Made by a program: the position numbers and the translations under genes. A stretch of 64,000 nucleotides of DNA from Planctomycetota bacterium (GTDB taxonomy: Bacteria > Planctomycetota > B15-G4): contig CBDFJQ010000002.1 of NCBI GenBank assembly GCA_965248575.1, positions 4,512,001 through 4,576,000 on the forward strand, given 5' to 3'. Positions 17,386 through 26,924 of the stretch are shown piece by piece. The notes below the pieces were generated by a model. That model was not told the origin of the DNA. It saw nothing but the letters and a program-made list of their open reading frames with translations, and searched no databases. The stretch's first letter is position 1. Each line of letters opens with the position of its first letter.

Positions 17386-20259
17386 TCACTGTCGCGTGAA
17401 CACCTCCGCTGCATCCCCAGCGACGAAACCCGAAGCTTCGCCTCCGCCGACCAGGAAGATGCGGCTGCCGTAGCGCGCCGGCACAGCCCCGTGCCGTGCG
17501 GTCGGCATCGAGGCTTCTTGTCGCCAGGTGTGTGTAAGCGGGTCGTACACATCCACGCGCTGATAGACACCGCTGGGCGAAGCCCCCGGGCCCGTGTCGG
17601 TCTGGCCGCCAAAGATGTAGAACTCGCCCGCATACCAGATGGCTTTCCCAGCGCCGCTGCGGCCGATGGGCATGGGCTGCAAGACTGCTCCCATGTCCGA
17701 GCTGCTGGACCAGCTGTCGCCTAGTGGATCGTAGACCTGCACATCGGCGAAGCCGTTGGCGACCCCCGGAAGATCGCCACTGCCAGGGCCGCAGCCTCCA
17801 AAGACCCACAAGCTCTGGCCATCCGTTCCAGCCGCCGCGTGATTGCGCGCCGCAGGCATGGGCGCCAGGGCCGCGCTCCAAGTGTTCGAGGCCGGCTCGT
17901 AGGCGTAGCATGCATCCGAGGTCGCCCCGCCGTCGAGATGTCCGCCCACTACATAGATCAGGGAGCCGATGCGCGCCGCACTGCAGGCGCCACCGTGCCA
18001 GGGCATATCGCTGCCCAAGCTCCACTGGTCGCCAAGCGGGTCGTAGATCTGCAACTTGCCCGCCGCGCCGCCCGAAAGCCCACCAAAGAAATACAGCAGG
18101 CCATCAAAGGCAACGCCCGCATGATCTCCACCGGCAAAGGAGCGCTGTGCAGGACTCGCTGGGGCAGCCCAGGTCTGGGCCGCGATGTCGTAGACATAGG
18201 TGTTGGAGTCCCCCGCCCCCAACAAGTACAGGATGCCGTCCTGCTCCAACATGCTTGTGTCCGCCACAGTCGCGGGCGGCTGTGGCATGTCCATCCAACG
18301 GCCCGGTTCCATGCCCGGTCCTGGGAAGAGGTAGCGGAATGCTGCGGACAAGGTGGAGGTTTCCCGCCCCGATCTGACCACCACGTCATGGAAACCCGTG
18401 CCCGCCCCAGGCATCGCAGGCACCACACCATGAATGCGTTTGCCACTCACCTCGGTGAGAACAGCAGGCAGACCGCCGATGGTCACCGAAGTCTGCGCAA
18501 GACCGGCGAAGTTCTTGCCCCCGATGACGAAGGCCGCTCCGCCCGTGCGCAACGCTCGCCACGGGAAGATGTCGTAAGCCGTCACACCCACGGCCGCGGG
18601 GTCTACCGGGCGCAGGACGTTCACATCCGTCCCTTGCAAATGCATGCCGAGCACCGCCCCTCCCGGGCCATTGCGAATGTTCAGCGACCAGGTCGTGGTG
18701 GGGGTGAAGTCATCGTCAAAGCTGCTGGAAAGACGCCCATCCGCTGACAGACTGATGCGCGCCAGTTCGCCGATCCAGCGCTGCACAAGCAGCTCTCCGC
18801 GCATGGCGCTGCGAAAACACGTGGCGCGGTATTCATCAATGCCATTGGTCGACGATTCGAGTTCGAGCAAGGGCGGCGCGTAGTCGTGTGGAATCGCGGG
18901 CGCTGTGGTGTGCTGATAGACGTACTGACGTGCATCCTCCGGCCCGCGGGCACGATTGGGGTGCCCGTAGTATTCCTCGGCTTCGATCAGCAGGAGCTCG
19001 TCGGGCGAGAGCACGTCACCTCCATCCGAAGCTGGCCCTGTGGAAGAGCCGCCGAAACCCGGATTGGGTCCATTGTCCGTGGCATACAGAAGGCCATTGG
19101 TGTGCAGCACGAGGTCGAAGGGGTTTCGCAGCCCCGGCGCGTGGACCGTGACATGACTGCCTGGAGCCACCGTCACGTCTTCGCCGTGCACCTGGTCATC
19201 ATCCGCGCCGTAAGGTGCCGCGCGCTCCAGATAGTGCACGAGCCCGTTGAAGTCCGGGCGCGAGGTTTTCGCCTTGAGAATCGCGCCAGCCAGCGGCGAC
19301 TCCGGGAGATCCCCGATGTTCACATGCTTGATGCCGGCATCGGTCGTCCCGCCCACGCACAATAGCAGGTCGCCGTTGTTGTCAAAGACCATGCCGTTGA
19401 CACCGTGGTCGTGATTGGAAGAAGGCAAGCCCGTGATCAGTGGCGCCGGAGCGTCAAAATCCGGCCCACTCAAGACGCTGACCTGACCCGGGTAGGGGGA
19501 GGGCCCAACGAAGGCCCCTCCACCCTGGGCGAACAACTCTGAATGGGCCACGTGGATCTTCACCACGCCCGACGTGTCGAAGGGGTCGAACGTGAGACCC
19601 AGGATCTCGTGATTGGCCAGCATGGAGACACCGTCGTAGGTGTCGTGCGATGTTTGTGCGTAGTCCTCATCAAAGCCGATGGCATGCACGGTGCCGGCCA
19701 GGGTGCCGACATACAGGCGACCATCCGGCCCCCAGTCAGCACAGGTGGGTTGCTCGGGCCACAGGTTGGAAGCCGTGGTCGTGAAGTTGAAGGCAATCGG
19801 CACCGGGCCGTCATCGACATAGCTCACGCTGTGCGATTCACTTTCCCCAAAGGCTGTCTCGACGCTGACCAGGATCTCCCCTGCCGAGTGCGGTGGCGCG
19901 TACAAGCGCACCTTTCGTGGCGAAACGGAAACCAGGCTACTGCCCGAAAGCTGCTGGTTGCCCCAGTGCACGATGAGGCCTGGCTTGGCACCAAACCCCA
20001 GGCCCGTGAGCACCACGCTGTCCCCGCCCGTTGCACCAAGCACGGAGCCACTGATGGCGAACAGTCTGGGAGGGCGTGCCATGGGCCGCGGCTGTCCCCA
20101 AAGTGTCACCGTGCTTTGTGCCCCAACGCTCCCAGAGACGAGCAGGATCCACAAGCACAAGAGGGTAGCCAAGCGAGTCCCGAGCCGCGCGCTGTCTACG
20201 CACAACGGCTCGGCGCGCAGAGCGCAATCACCGAGCGAATCTGCAGGACGATGAGACAT
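17386..20259 (-). CDS. Exported IPT/TIG + glucose/sorbosone dehydrogenase-like propeller + IPT + Kelch-repeat protein
   Basis: WGPDGRLYV, GLRNPFDL, YYGHPN propeller motifs; IPT-like segments; GG..YDP..W Kelch repeats; ATG overlaps the upstream stop. Confidence 0.82.
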   Translation of the reverse strand: MSHRPADSLGDCALRAEPLCVDSARLGTRLATLLCLWILLVSGSVGAQSTVTLWGQPRPMARPPRLFAISGSVLGATGGDSVVLTGLGFGAKPGLIVHWGNQQLSGSSLVSVSPRKVRLYAPPHSAGEILVSVETAFGESESHSVSYVDDGPVPIAFNFTTTASNLWPEQPTCADWGPDGRLYVGTLAGTVHAIGFDEDYAQTSHDTYDGVSMLANHEILGLTFDPFDTSGVVKIHVAHSELFAQGGGAFVGPSPYPGQVSVLSGPDFDAPAPLITGLPSSNHDHGVNGMVFDNNGDLLLCVGGTTDAGIKHVNIGDLPESPLAGAILKAKTSRPDFNGLVHYLERAAPYGADDDQVHGEDVTVAPGSHVTVHAPGLRNPFDLVLHTNGLLYATDNGPNPGFGGSSTGPASDGGDVLSPDELLLIEAEEYYGHPNRARGPEDARQYVYQHTTAPAIPHDYAPPLLELESSTNGIDEYRATCFRSAMRGELLVQRWIGELARISLSADGRLSSSFDDDFTPTTTWSLNIRNGPGGAVLGMHLQGTDVNVLRPVDPAAVGVTAYDIFPWRALRTGGAAFVIGGKNFAGLAQTSVTIGGLPAVLTEVSGKRIHGVVPAMPGAGTGFHDVVVRSGRETSTLSAAFRYLFPGPGMEPGRWMDMPQPPATVADTSMLEQDGILYLLGAGDSNTYVYDIAAQTWAAPASPAQRSFAGGDHAGVAFDGLLYFFGGLSGGAAGKLQIYDPLGDQWSLGSDMPWHGGACSAARIGSLIYVVGGHLDGGATSDACYAYEPASNTWSAALAPMPAARNHAAAGTDGQSLWVFGGCGPGSGDLPGVANGFADVQVYDPLGDSWSSSSDMGAVLQPMPIGRSGAGKAIWYAGEFYIFGGQTDTGPGASPSGVYQRVDVYDPLTHTWRQEASMPTARHGAVPARYGSRIFLVGGGEASGFVAGDAAEVFTRQ

Positions 20260-21938
20260 CACAGGTCCAGCTCCTTGGAGGTCATGAGGATCGGGGCGCA
20301 TTTGCCCGTGGCTTCCCACAGTTCGTGCAGGATGCGCCCTGTGTCGTTGGTGAAATTTCCGCTTTGAAGCGCCTCGATGTAGTGCCGCGTCACGGTCTGG
20401 TAGTACAGGCGCACACGCGCGTGGGCTGCGCCGCGCGGAATCTTGAGCGCCAGGTCGTCCCAGTACTGACCATCGGCGTATTCCGCGCCGACCACTGGTG
20501 CGCCGGCCGCCTCGAAGGCCTCGTTCTCGAAACCGCGCGGCGGAATCCGGTTGTCCTTCTCAATGGTGGTGGCCAAGGCCATGTGCGTGGTCACGCCAAT
20601 CGGCAAGCCCGTGGCGATGGCTGCTTCCCGCGAGATCCCCACGTGCATCTCGTAGACGCGCGTGCTTTCTTCGTCGAGCTCGGCCGTCTCGAGGTTGTAG
20701 GCACCATGCTCACGCAGCAAGGATCCTTCCCCGTCCAAGAATTGGACGTTCAAGAAGACCCGTCGTCCCTCGATATGGCCCGTGGGTAGCTTGTGGCCCG
20801 TTTCATTGATGATCCGCACGCGTAAGAGCCCCCGGTCGCGCCGCGCAACAAGGCTCGCGGCGCGCTCCAACATGTCCACGGCCTTGTCACGGGCCACGCG
20901 CAAAGACAGCTGGTCTACATTGGGGTTGTCACGCTCATTGAGTCCGATGATGTCCAACACCCAAGCGGAAGCTCCCGCAAAGTCGTGCCGGGCTACATCG
21001 GGGCGGGTCGGTCCAAAAAAGCAGGCTTTGGCTTCGCTGCGCGGCATATGGCAGTCCTGGCAGCTGCTGACCGTGCTCGCGCCTTCGCCGCCGAACCGTC
21101 CAAGCATGTCGACACCGCCGTTGGCAAATGCGCTCAGTTGCCATTCGGAGAACGTGCGCTCCAAGGGGAACTGGCTGTGCAAGTCCGTGTCAGGCGTAGG
21201 CATGCCCGCAGAGTTGTAGATGTAGGTGCCGTCGGGCTGGCGGCTCACCGCCACATTGCCCACATCGTGGCAGGTGCCACACATCTCGCCAGAGCTGTGA
21301 AACGGCGAGTAGATCGTGGCGTGCGTGGACACCGCGTCAGGCCGTGGGCCACGCCGCGTGCCCGTGGGGTCCAACACGAACATCGCGTTGCCATAGTTCT
21401 CGGGCAGCGCCGTGTGTTGAGCAAGCGCGGCGAGGTCCTCAACGGGACTCACACCCGGCGTGTACACCGGGTCCACCATCGTGTGGCAGGCGTGGCACGC
21501 AACGCCTTCGCGATCAAAGTCATCCAGCGTCGAGCCGTCCGCATCGTAGGCATGCCCGGTCACGAAGCTGTTCGGGACATGACAACGCATGCAGAAGTAA
21601 CCCGCGTTGGGCACATCCTGATTGGCCGTCGTCATCTGCGCGAAGAACAGCGGGTCACGCCCCGACTGAGCCATGAGGCTGCCCTTCCAGGTGTCGCCCG
21701 GACTGTTGTCCACGTCGTAGAAGGCGTGGCAGCCCGAGCAGGCCTGGGAGGGTTGGATCACGTCGGTCCCCACCTGCCCCGCTTGGGTGCCGGGCAGAAG
21801 GAGGTCATCGAAACCCGCCGGCAGCTGCTGGGCAGGAAGCGTCGGACTCAACAGCAGAGCCAGAAGCAGGGCGGCGAGAGGCAGGTTCAAGCGACGGCAA
21901 GAAGCGCGCGTGGGTAACGCCGTGGGCTGGGCAGGCAT
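20259..21938 (-). CDS. Multiheme c-type cytochrome (5 CxxCH)
   Basis: CSGCH, CMRCH, CHACH, CGTCH, CQDCH; GHKLPTG; signal peptide. Confidence 0.9.
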   Translation of the reverse strand: MPAQPTALPTRASCRRLNLPLAALLLALLLSPTLPAQQLPAGFDDLLLPGTQAGQVGTDVIQPSQACSGCHAFYDVDNSPGDTWKGSLMAQSGRDPLFFAQMTTANQDVPNAGYFCMRCHVPNSFVTGHAYDADGSTLDDFDREGVACHACHTMVDPVYTPGVSPVEDLAALAQHTALPENYGNAMFVLDPTGTRRGPRPDAVSTHATIYSPFHSSGEMCGTCHDVGNVAVSRQPDGTYIYNSAGMPTPDTDLHSQFPLERTFSEWQLSAFANGGVDMLGRFGGEGASTVSSCQDCHMPRSEAKACFFGPTRPDVARHDFAGASAWVLDIIGLNERDNPNVDQLSLRVARDKAVDMLERAASLVARRDRGLLRVRIINETGHKLPTGHIEGRRVFLNVQFLDGEGSLLREHGAYNLETAELDEESTRVYEMHVGISREAAIATGLPIGVTTHMALATTIEKDNRIPPRGFENEAFEAAGAPVVGAEYADGQYWDDLALKIPRGAAHARVRLYYQTVTRHYIEALQSGNFTNDTGRILHELWEATGKCAPILMTSKELDL

Positions 21939-22148
21939 CGGTTCGGTTCCAGGTGCATGAGGTCAGTGAGAACCTCGATTCAACCTGACTTCGAGGCATC
22001 AAATGATACCTCTATCGGTTTATAGATGTCGGCTGGATTGACGGATCAAGCTGAGGAAAGCTTCAGAACAGCCATTTGAGCCCGTATTGGCCGCGCATAA
22101 GCCGACTTGGCGATGATTTTATGCTTGCTGGCTGAGTCTCTGGTCGAT

Positions 22149-22180
22149 AAACAGGTAAATAGGTTCGCGTTTACCTGTTT
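22149..22180. promoter_or_regulatory. Perfect 11-10-11 inverted repeat, candidate operator
   Basis: AAACAGGTAAA-N10-TTTACCTGTTT, ending 14 bp before the had ATG. Confidence 0.65.
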
Positions 22181-22194
22181 GTGGAGTTTCAGCC

Positions 22195-23268
22195 ATGCAG
22201 ATCTCGTCCTGGGTCGTCCAGCAACCCGGTCAAGCCATGACCTTGGAGCAGCGGGATGCTGCCCCGGCTGCGGGTGAGGTGCTGGTCGAAGTGTCTGGCT
22301 GCGGCGTCTGCCACACCGACCTGGGCTTCTTCTTCGATGGTGTCCCCACCCGCCATGCCTACCCGCTGACGCTTGGTCACGAAGTTAGCGGCAAAGTCGT
22401 GGAAGCCGGGCCGGGGGTCGAGGCACTCGTGGGCCAAGACGTCGTCGTTCCTGCAGTGATTCCATGCGGGCGGTGCTTGGCGTGCACAACGGGGCACGGC
22501 CCGATCTGCAAGCAACAGATCTTCCCCGGCAACGACGTGCACGGCGGCTTCGGCTCGCATCTCGTCGTTCCTGCCCACGGCTTGTGCCCCGTCCCCGACC
22601 TCAGCAACCCGTCGGTCAATCCGACGGACCTCGACCTCGCCAGCCTGTCGGTGATTGCCGACGCTGTCTCCACGCCTTATCAGGCTGCTCTGCGGGCCGA
22701 CTTGCAGAGCGGCGACCTGGCCGTGTTCATCGGCACGGGGGGGGTGGGCGGCTTCGGTGTGCAGATCGCAGCGGCGATGGGGGCCCACGTCATCGCCATC
22801 GATGTGGACAGCGCGAAGTTGCAGGCGCTGGCCGAGCACGGCGTCGAACTCTCCCTCGACTCAAGCAGCCTCGGCTTCAAGGACCTCAAACAAGCCGTCA
22901 AGCAGTTCGCCCGCGAGCATGACATCCCCACTTGGCGTTGGCGCATCTTCGAAACCTCGGGAACGCCCGCCGGACAGTCCACGGCCTTCGGCCTGCTGGG
23001 GCATGCCAGCTACCTGTCGCTGGTGGGCTACACGCCAGAGAAGACCAGCGTGCGTCTCTCCAACCTGATGGCGCTGCATGCCACCGCCGAAGGCAACTGG
23101 GGTTGTCTTCCAGAACATTACCCAGCCGTGCTTGAGCTGGTGCTCAGCGGCCAGGTCAAGCTCGCGCCCTTCACAGAGCAACGACCGCTCTCATCCATCA
23201 ACGAAACCTTCGCCGACGTGCGCGACCATCGCGTCTCCCGTCGAGTGGTGCTCACTCCGGAAAGCTGA
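22195..23268 (+). CDS. had: 6-hydroxycyclohex-1-ene-1-carbonyl-CoA dehydrogenase
   Basis: Zn-ADH motifs GVCHTD, GHE, CxxCxxC, QIFPGND; operon context. Confidence 0.92.
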   Translation: MQISSWVVQQPGQAMTLEQRDAAPAAGEVLVEVSGCGVCHTDLGFFFDGVPTRHAYPLTLGHEVSGKVVEAGPGVEALVGQDVVVPAVIPCGRCLACTTGHGPICKQQIFPGNDVHGGFGSHLVVPAHGLCPVPDLSNPSVNPTDLDLASLSVIADAVSTPYQAALRADLQSGDLAVFIGTGGVGGFGVQIAAAMGAHVIAIDVDSAKLQALAEHGVELSLDSSSLGFKDLKQAVKQFAREHDIPTWRWRIFETSGTPAGQSTAFGLLGHASYLSLVGYTPEKTSVRLSNLMALHATAEGNWGCLPEHYPAVLELVLSGQVKLAPFTEQRPLSSINETFADVRDHRVSRRVVLTPES

Positions 23269-23270
23269 CC

Positions 23271-24380
23271 ATGACCTTCAAGAACCATGACCTGATCGAG
23301 CCCGCCGAGGTTACCGGAATCCTCTACGAAGAGGTGCCCGTCAAGGCTCCAAACGGCGAACCAGCGCCGGGGCTGCACAACGTGCGGATCACGCTGAACA
23401 ACCCCTCGCAGCTGAATTCCTACACGACCGAAATGGTCAAGGGAGTCATCACGAGCATGCGCCGGGCGAGCAATGACCGCGCTTGTGTGGCCGTGATCTT
23501 CACGGGCTCTGGCAGCCGCGCGTTCTGCACTGGCGGAAACACTGCCGAGTACGCCGAGTACTACGCAGGCCGCCCCGAGGAATACCGGCAGTACATGCGG
23601 CTGTTCAACGACATGGTCAGCTCGATCCTGATGTGCGACAAACCCGTGATCTGCCGAGTCAACGGCATGCGCATCGGCGGTGGCCAAGAGATCGGCATGG
23701 CCTGCGACTTCACAGTAGCCCATGACATGGCCATGTTCGGTCAGGCCGGCCCCAAGCACGGCAGCGCACCGGACGGCGGCAGTACCGACTTCCTACCGCT
23801 CTTCGTAGGCCTCGAAAAGGGCATGGACAGCTGCACCTTGTGCGATCACTGGAGTGCACACAAAGCCATGCGCCTGGGCCTGCTCACCAAGCTTGTTCCA
23901 GCACTGCGCATCGATGGCGAGTATGTGCCCAACCCCTTCGTGATCACGGATCGTTGGCTGGACGAGTTCGGCAACATCGTGCTCGGAGAGATGCACACGG
24001 GTGCGGACCGGAAAGCCGCCAAGGAAAGGGTTGCCGCGGGCAGCCTGGATCTCAGCGCACTGGATGACGCCGTGGACGAGCTGGCCACAAAGCTGGCCAT
24101 GACCATGCCCGGCTGCCTCTCCAAGACCATCGAGAGCGTGCGCAAGCACAAGCTGGAACACTGGGACAAGAACAAGGAATCCAACCGCGCCTGGCTCGGC
24201 CTGAACATGATGAACGAGGGCCGCGCAGGCTTCCGGGCCTTCCACGAAGGCAGTCGGGAGTGCCGCGAAGCTGACTTCCTGCTACTGCGACGCCGGCTTG
24301 CCGAAGGCGCCGTCTGGAGCAGCGATCTCGTGGACGAGATCCTGGCTCAAGCCCACGGCACAGCTCAATCCTGCACCTGA
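23271..24380 (+). CDS. oah: 6-oxocyclohex-1-ene-1-carbonyl-CoA hydrolase (BamA-type)
   Basis: QLNSYTT, AFCTGGNT, EYRQYMRLFNDMVS, GQAGPKHGSAPDGGSTDFL. Confidence 0.95.
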   Translation: MTFKNHDLIEPAEVTGILYEEVPVKAPNGEPAPGLHNVRITLNNPSQLNSYTTEMVKGVITSMRRASNDRACVAVIFTGSGSRAFCTGGNTAEYAEYYAGRPEEYRQYMRLFNDMVSSILMCDKPVICRVNGMRIGGGQEIGMACDFTVAHDMAMFGQAGPKHGSAPDGGSTDFLPLFVGLEKGMDSCTLCDHWSAHKAMRLGLLTKLVPALRIDGEYVPNPFVITDRWLDEFGNIVLGEMHTGADRKAAKERVAAGSLDLSALDDAVDELATKLAMTMPGCLSKTIESVRKHKLEHWDKNKESNRAWLGLNMMNEGRAGFRAFHEGSRECREADFLLLRRRLAEGAVWSSDLVDEILAQAHGTAQSCT

Positions 24381-24394
24381 CCAGGGCTCACCGC

Positions 24395-24973
24395 ATGACA
24401 CCTTTCATCAACAAGCCGGCCAGAGCAACTCAGCCAGGGGCGGAACCCACAGCCTCGGCTGATGACGGCGCTGTTCGAGTGCGTGACTTGCAACCCAAGG
24501 ACATGCCTTCGGTACGCAAGATTGATGCCACTCATGCCGGCAAGCAGCGCACCGCATTCTGGAGGCGCATCGTGCAGGTGTTCTTCGCACGCCCGGAGAA
24601 TGACCGCTTCCGCGTGGCCCTCGCTGCGGAAACCACAAGCTCATCAGCAAGAGCGTCCCGCCGTTTCTCCGGCTTTCTCTTGGGCGAAGTGCGTGCCTTC
24701 GAGTTTGGCTCGGACGCTTGCGGCTGGATCTTCGCCGTCGGTGTCGACCCTCAAGATACGCGCGAGGGCGTCGCCTCCGCGCTGCTGAAGGAAGCCTGCG
24801 CACGCTTCAAGCAACAGGGTGTGCACAAGGTGCGCACCATGGTCCTGCGTGAGGACATTCCCGTGCTGGCCTTGTTCCGCTCCAGCGGATTCGTCGGTGG
24901 TGCCTTCGTTCAGCTCGAGGTCGAGCTCGACGACGATGGCAACGCCGCCCCATCAACGGAGAACGCAGCATGA
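24395..24973 (+). CDS. GNAT acetyltransferase
   Basis: GFLLGEV..FEFG, VGVDP..REGVASALL; ATGA-coupled to dch. Confidence 0.88.
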   Translation: MTPFINKPARATQPGAEPTASADDGAVRVRDLQPKDMPSVRKIDATHAGKQRTAFWRRIVQVFFARPENDRFRVALAAETTSSSARASRRFSGFLLGEVRAFEFGSDACGWIFAVGVDPQDTREGVASALLKEACARFKQQGVHKVRTMVLREDIPVLALFRSSGFVGGAFVQLEVELDDDGNAAPSTENAA

Positions 24974-25752
24974 GCCCGTCCATCGTCAGCGAACGCGTCC
25001 GAAAAACCGTCCTGCAAGATGGCGCACTCTGGTCCCTCGAACTGGCCGGCCCACCCGCCAACGTGCTGGACAGCAGCATGGTCACGGAGCTCACGGCGCT
25101 GTTCGAGGAAGCTGCCGCCACACCTGGTCTGAAGGGCGTGTGCCTTTCCGGTCAGGGCGATCACTTCTCTTACGGCGCCAGCGTGCAAGAGCACAGCCCC
25201 GAGCAAGTGAGCGGCATGCTCGAGACCTTCAACCAGCTCTTCTTCGCCATTCACGCCGCTGCGATTCCGGTGCTTGCTGCTGTGCGCGGTCGCTGCCTCG
25301 GCGGGGGCCTGGAGCTCGCCGCGTTCTGCCACCGCGTGTTCGCGACCCCCGACGCGATTCTGGGCCAGCCAGAAATCGTGCTGGGTGTCATCGCTCCCGC
25401 GGCCTCCGCCTTGTTGCCCCACCGCATCGGTCAACGCCACACCGACGACCTGTGCCTCAGCGGACGCACGCTCAGCGGCACCGAGGCGCACGCCATGGGC
25501 CTCGTCGACGAGTTGGCAGTCGACCCAGCGCAAGCTGCCGAAGCCTGGTTCTCGAGCCATCTAGCGAAACACTCCGCCAGCTCGCTGCGCTTCGCAACGC
25601 GCGCAGCACGGTACGGCTTCGGCATGCGCTTCGAACGCGACATCCGAGAGCTCACGAAACTCTACCTCGACGAACTGATGCAAACGGCAGACGCCGTGGA
25701 GGGCATCAGCGCATTCCTTGAGAAACGCAGCCCCGTCTGGAGTGACGCATGA
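24970..25752 (+). CDS. dch: Cyclohexa-1,5-diene-1-carbonyl-CoA hydratase
   Basis: Crotonase fold, HFSYGASVQEH, CLGGGLE, GQPEIVLGV; context. Confidence 0.92.
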   Translation: MSPSIVSERVRKTVLQDGALWSLELAGPPANVLDSSMVTELTALFEEAAATPGLKGVCLSGQGDHFSYGASVQEHSPEQVSGMLETFNQLFFAIHAAAIPVLAAVRGRCLGGGLELAAFCHRVFATPDAILGQPEIVLGVIAPAASALLPHRIGQRHTDDLCLSGRTLSGTEAHAMGLVDELAVDPAQAAEAWFSSHLAKHSASSLRFATRAARYGFGMRFERDIRELTKLYLDELMQTADAVEGISAFLEKRSPVWSDA

Positions 25753-26924
25753 ACGCCGACGAGAACCCCGCCACACGTCTGGCAACGCATGCCGAGCAGC
25801 TCTACAAGGACACGTCCTTCCCCAGCGTCAAGCTCTGGAAGGAGCGCACCGGCATGCCCGCCGTAGGCTTCCTGCCCATCTACATCCCGCGCGAACTGCT
25901 GCACGCCCAGGGCGTGCTTCCGGTGGGCATCATGGGCGCCGGCGACATCGAGATCGTGCGTGGCGACGCCTACTACCAATCCTACATCTGCCACATGCCT
26001 CGCAGCGTCGTGGAGCTCGGGCTCAATGGCAGCCTGGATTGCCTGGACGGGATGATCTTCCCCGCCATCTGCGACGTCATTCGCAACCTTTCCGGCATGT
26101 GGTCGATGATGTTCCCGGACAAGCTGTCCCACTACCTAGACGTTCCTCACGAGTTCAGCCGCGAGATCGGCGGCGAGTTCTACAAGCGGGACCTGCAGGT
26201 GCTCTCGAAACACCTGGAGGACCTGGGCGCACGCCCGCTGACCGACGATGCTCTGCGGCAGTCGATCGTGGAGTGGAACCGGAACCACTGCGCAGTGCGC
26301 GATCTCTACGCGCTGCGGCGCGCCGAACCCTGGCGCGTCCCCACCAGCGAGCTGTACTCGCTGCTGCGCGCCGGCCTGGTGATTCCTGTCGACGAACACA
26401 CGCGCATGCTTGAGCAGTACCTCAACATGGCTCAGGAGGACGAGACCCGCACTCCAATGGATCAGGCCCGTGTGCTACTCGCGGGTTCGTTCTGCGAGCA
26501 ACCCCCGCTGGGATTGATCAAGACCATCGAACGCGCGGGCTGCTACATCGTCGACGATGACTTCGTGCAGGTCTCCCGCTGGCTACGGCACGAGGTGCCT
26601 ACGGCCGGTGACCCTCTCGACAACCTGGTGAACTCCTTTCTGGAAGACTCCATCGAAAGCCCCACGCGCTACATCGATGAGGGCCAGAAGGGCCAAGACC
26701 TGGTCGAACGCGTTGCAGAGAGCGGTGCAGAAGGCGTGGTGTTCTGCGCGCCGAGCTTCTGCGACCCGGCGCTGCTGGACCAGCCCATGGCGGTGGCCGC
26801 CATCGAGCGGGCAGAGATTCCTTGGACCGCATTCAAGTACAGCGAGAACACCGGCCAGTTCCAAGTCATCCGTGAACAGGCCGGGACCTTCGCCGATTCC
26901 ATCAAGCTATGGAGCGCAGTATGA
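25749..26924 (+). CDS. bcrC: Class I benzoyl-CoA reductase subunit C
   Basis: RGDAYYQSYICH, ICDVIRNLSG, FCEQPP, SFCDPALL. Confidence 0.93.
   Translation: MNADENPATRLATHAEQLYKDTSFPSVKLWKERTGMPAVGFLPIYIPRELLHAQGVLPVGIMGAGDIEIVRGDAYYQSYICHMPRSVVELGLNGSLDCLDGMIFPAICDVIRNLSGMWSMMFPDKLSHYLDVPHEFSREIGGEFYKRDLQVLSKHLEDLGARPLTDDALRQSIVEWNRNHCAVRDLYALRRAEPWRVPTSELYSLLRAGLVIPVDEHTRMLEQYLNMAQEDETRTPMDQARVLLAGSFCEQPPLGLIKTIERAGCYIVDDDFVQVSRWLRHEVPTAGDPLDNLVNSFLEDSIESPTRYIDEGQKGQDLVERVAESGAEGVVFCAPSFCDPALLDQPMAVAAIERAEIPWTAFKYSENTGQFQVIREQAGTFADSIKLWSAV

Noticed and set aside
22038..22049. FNR box (also TTGA..TCAA at 15826-15840)
   Set aside because: Spacing is N4 or N7, not the N6 of TTGAT-N4-ATCAA
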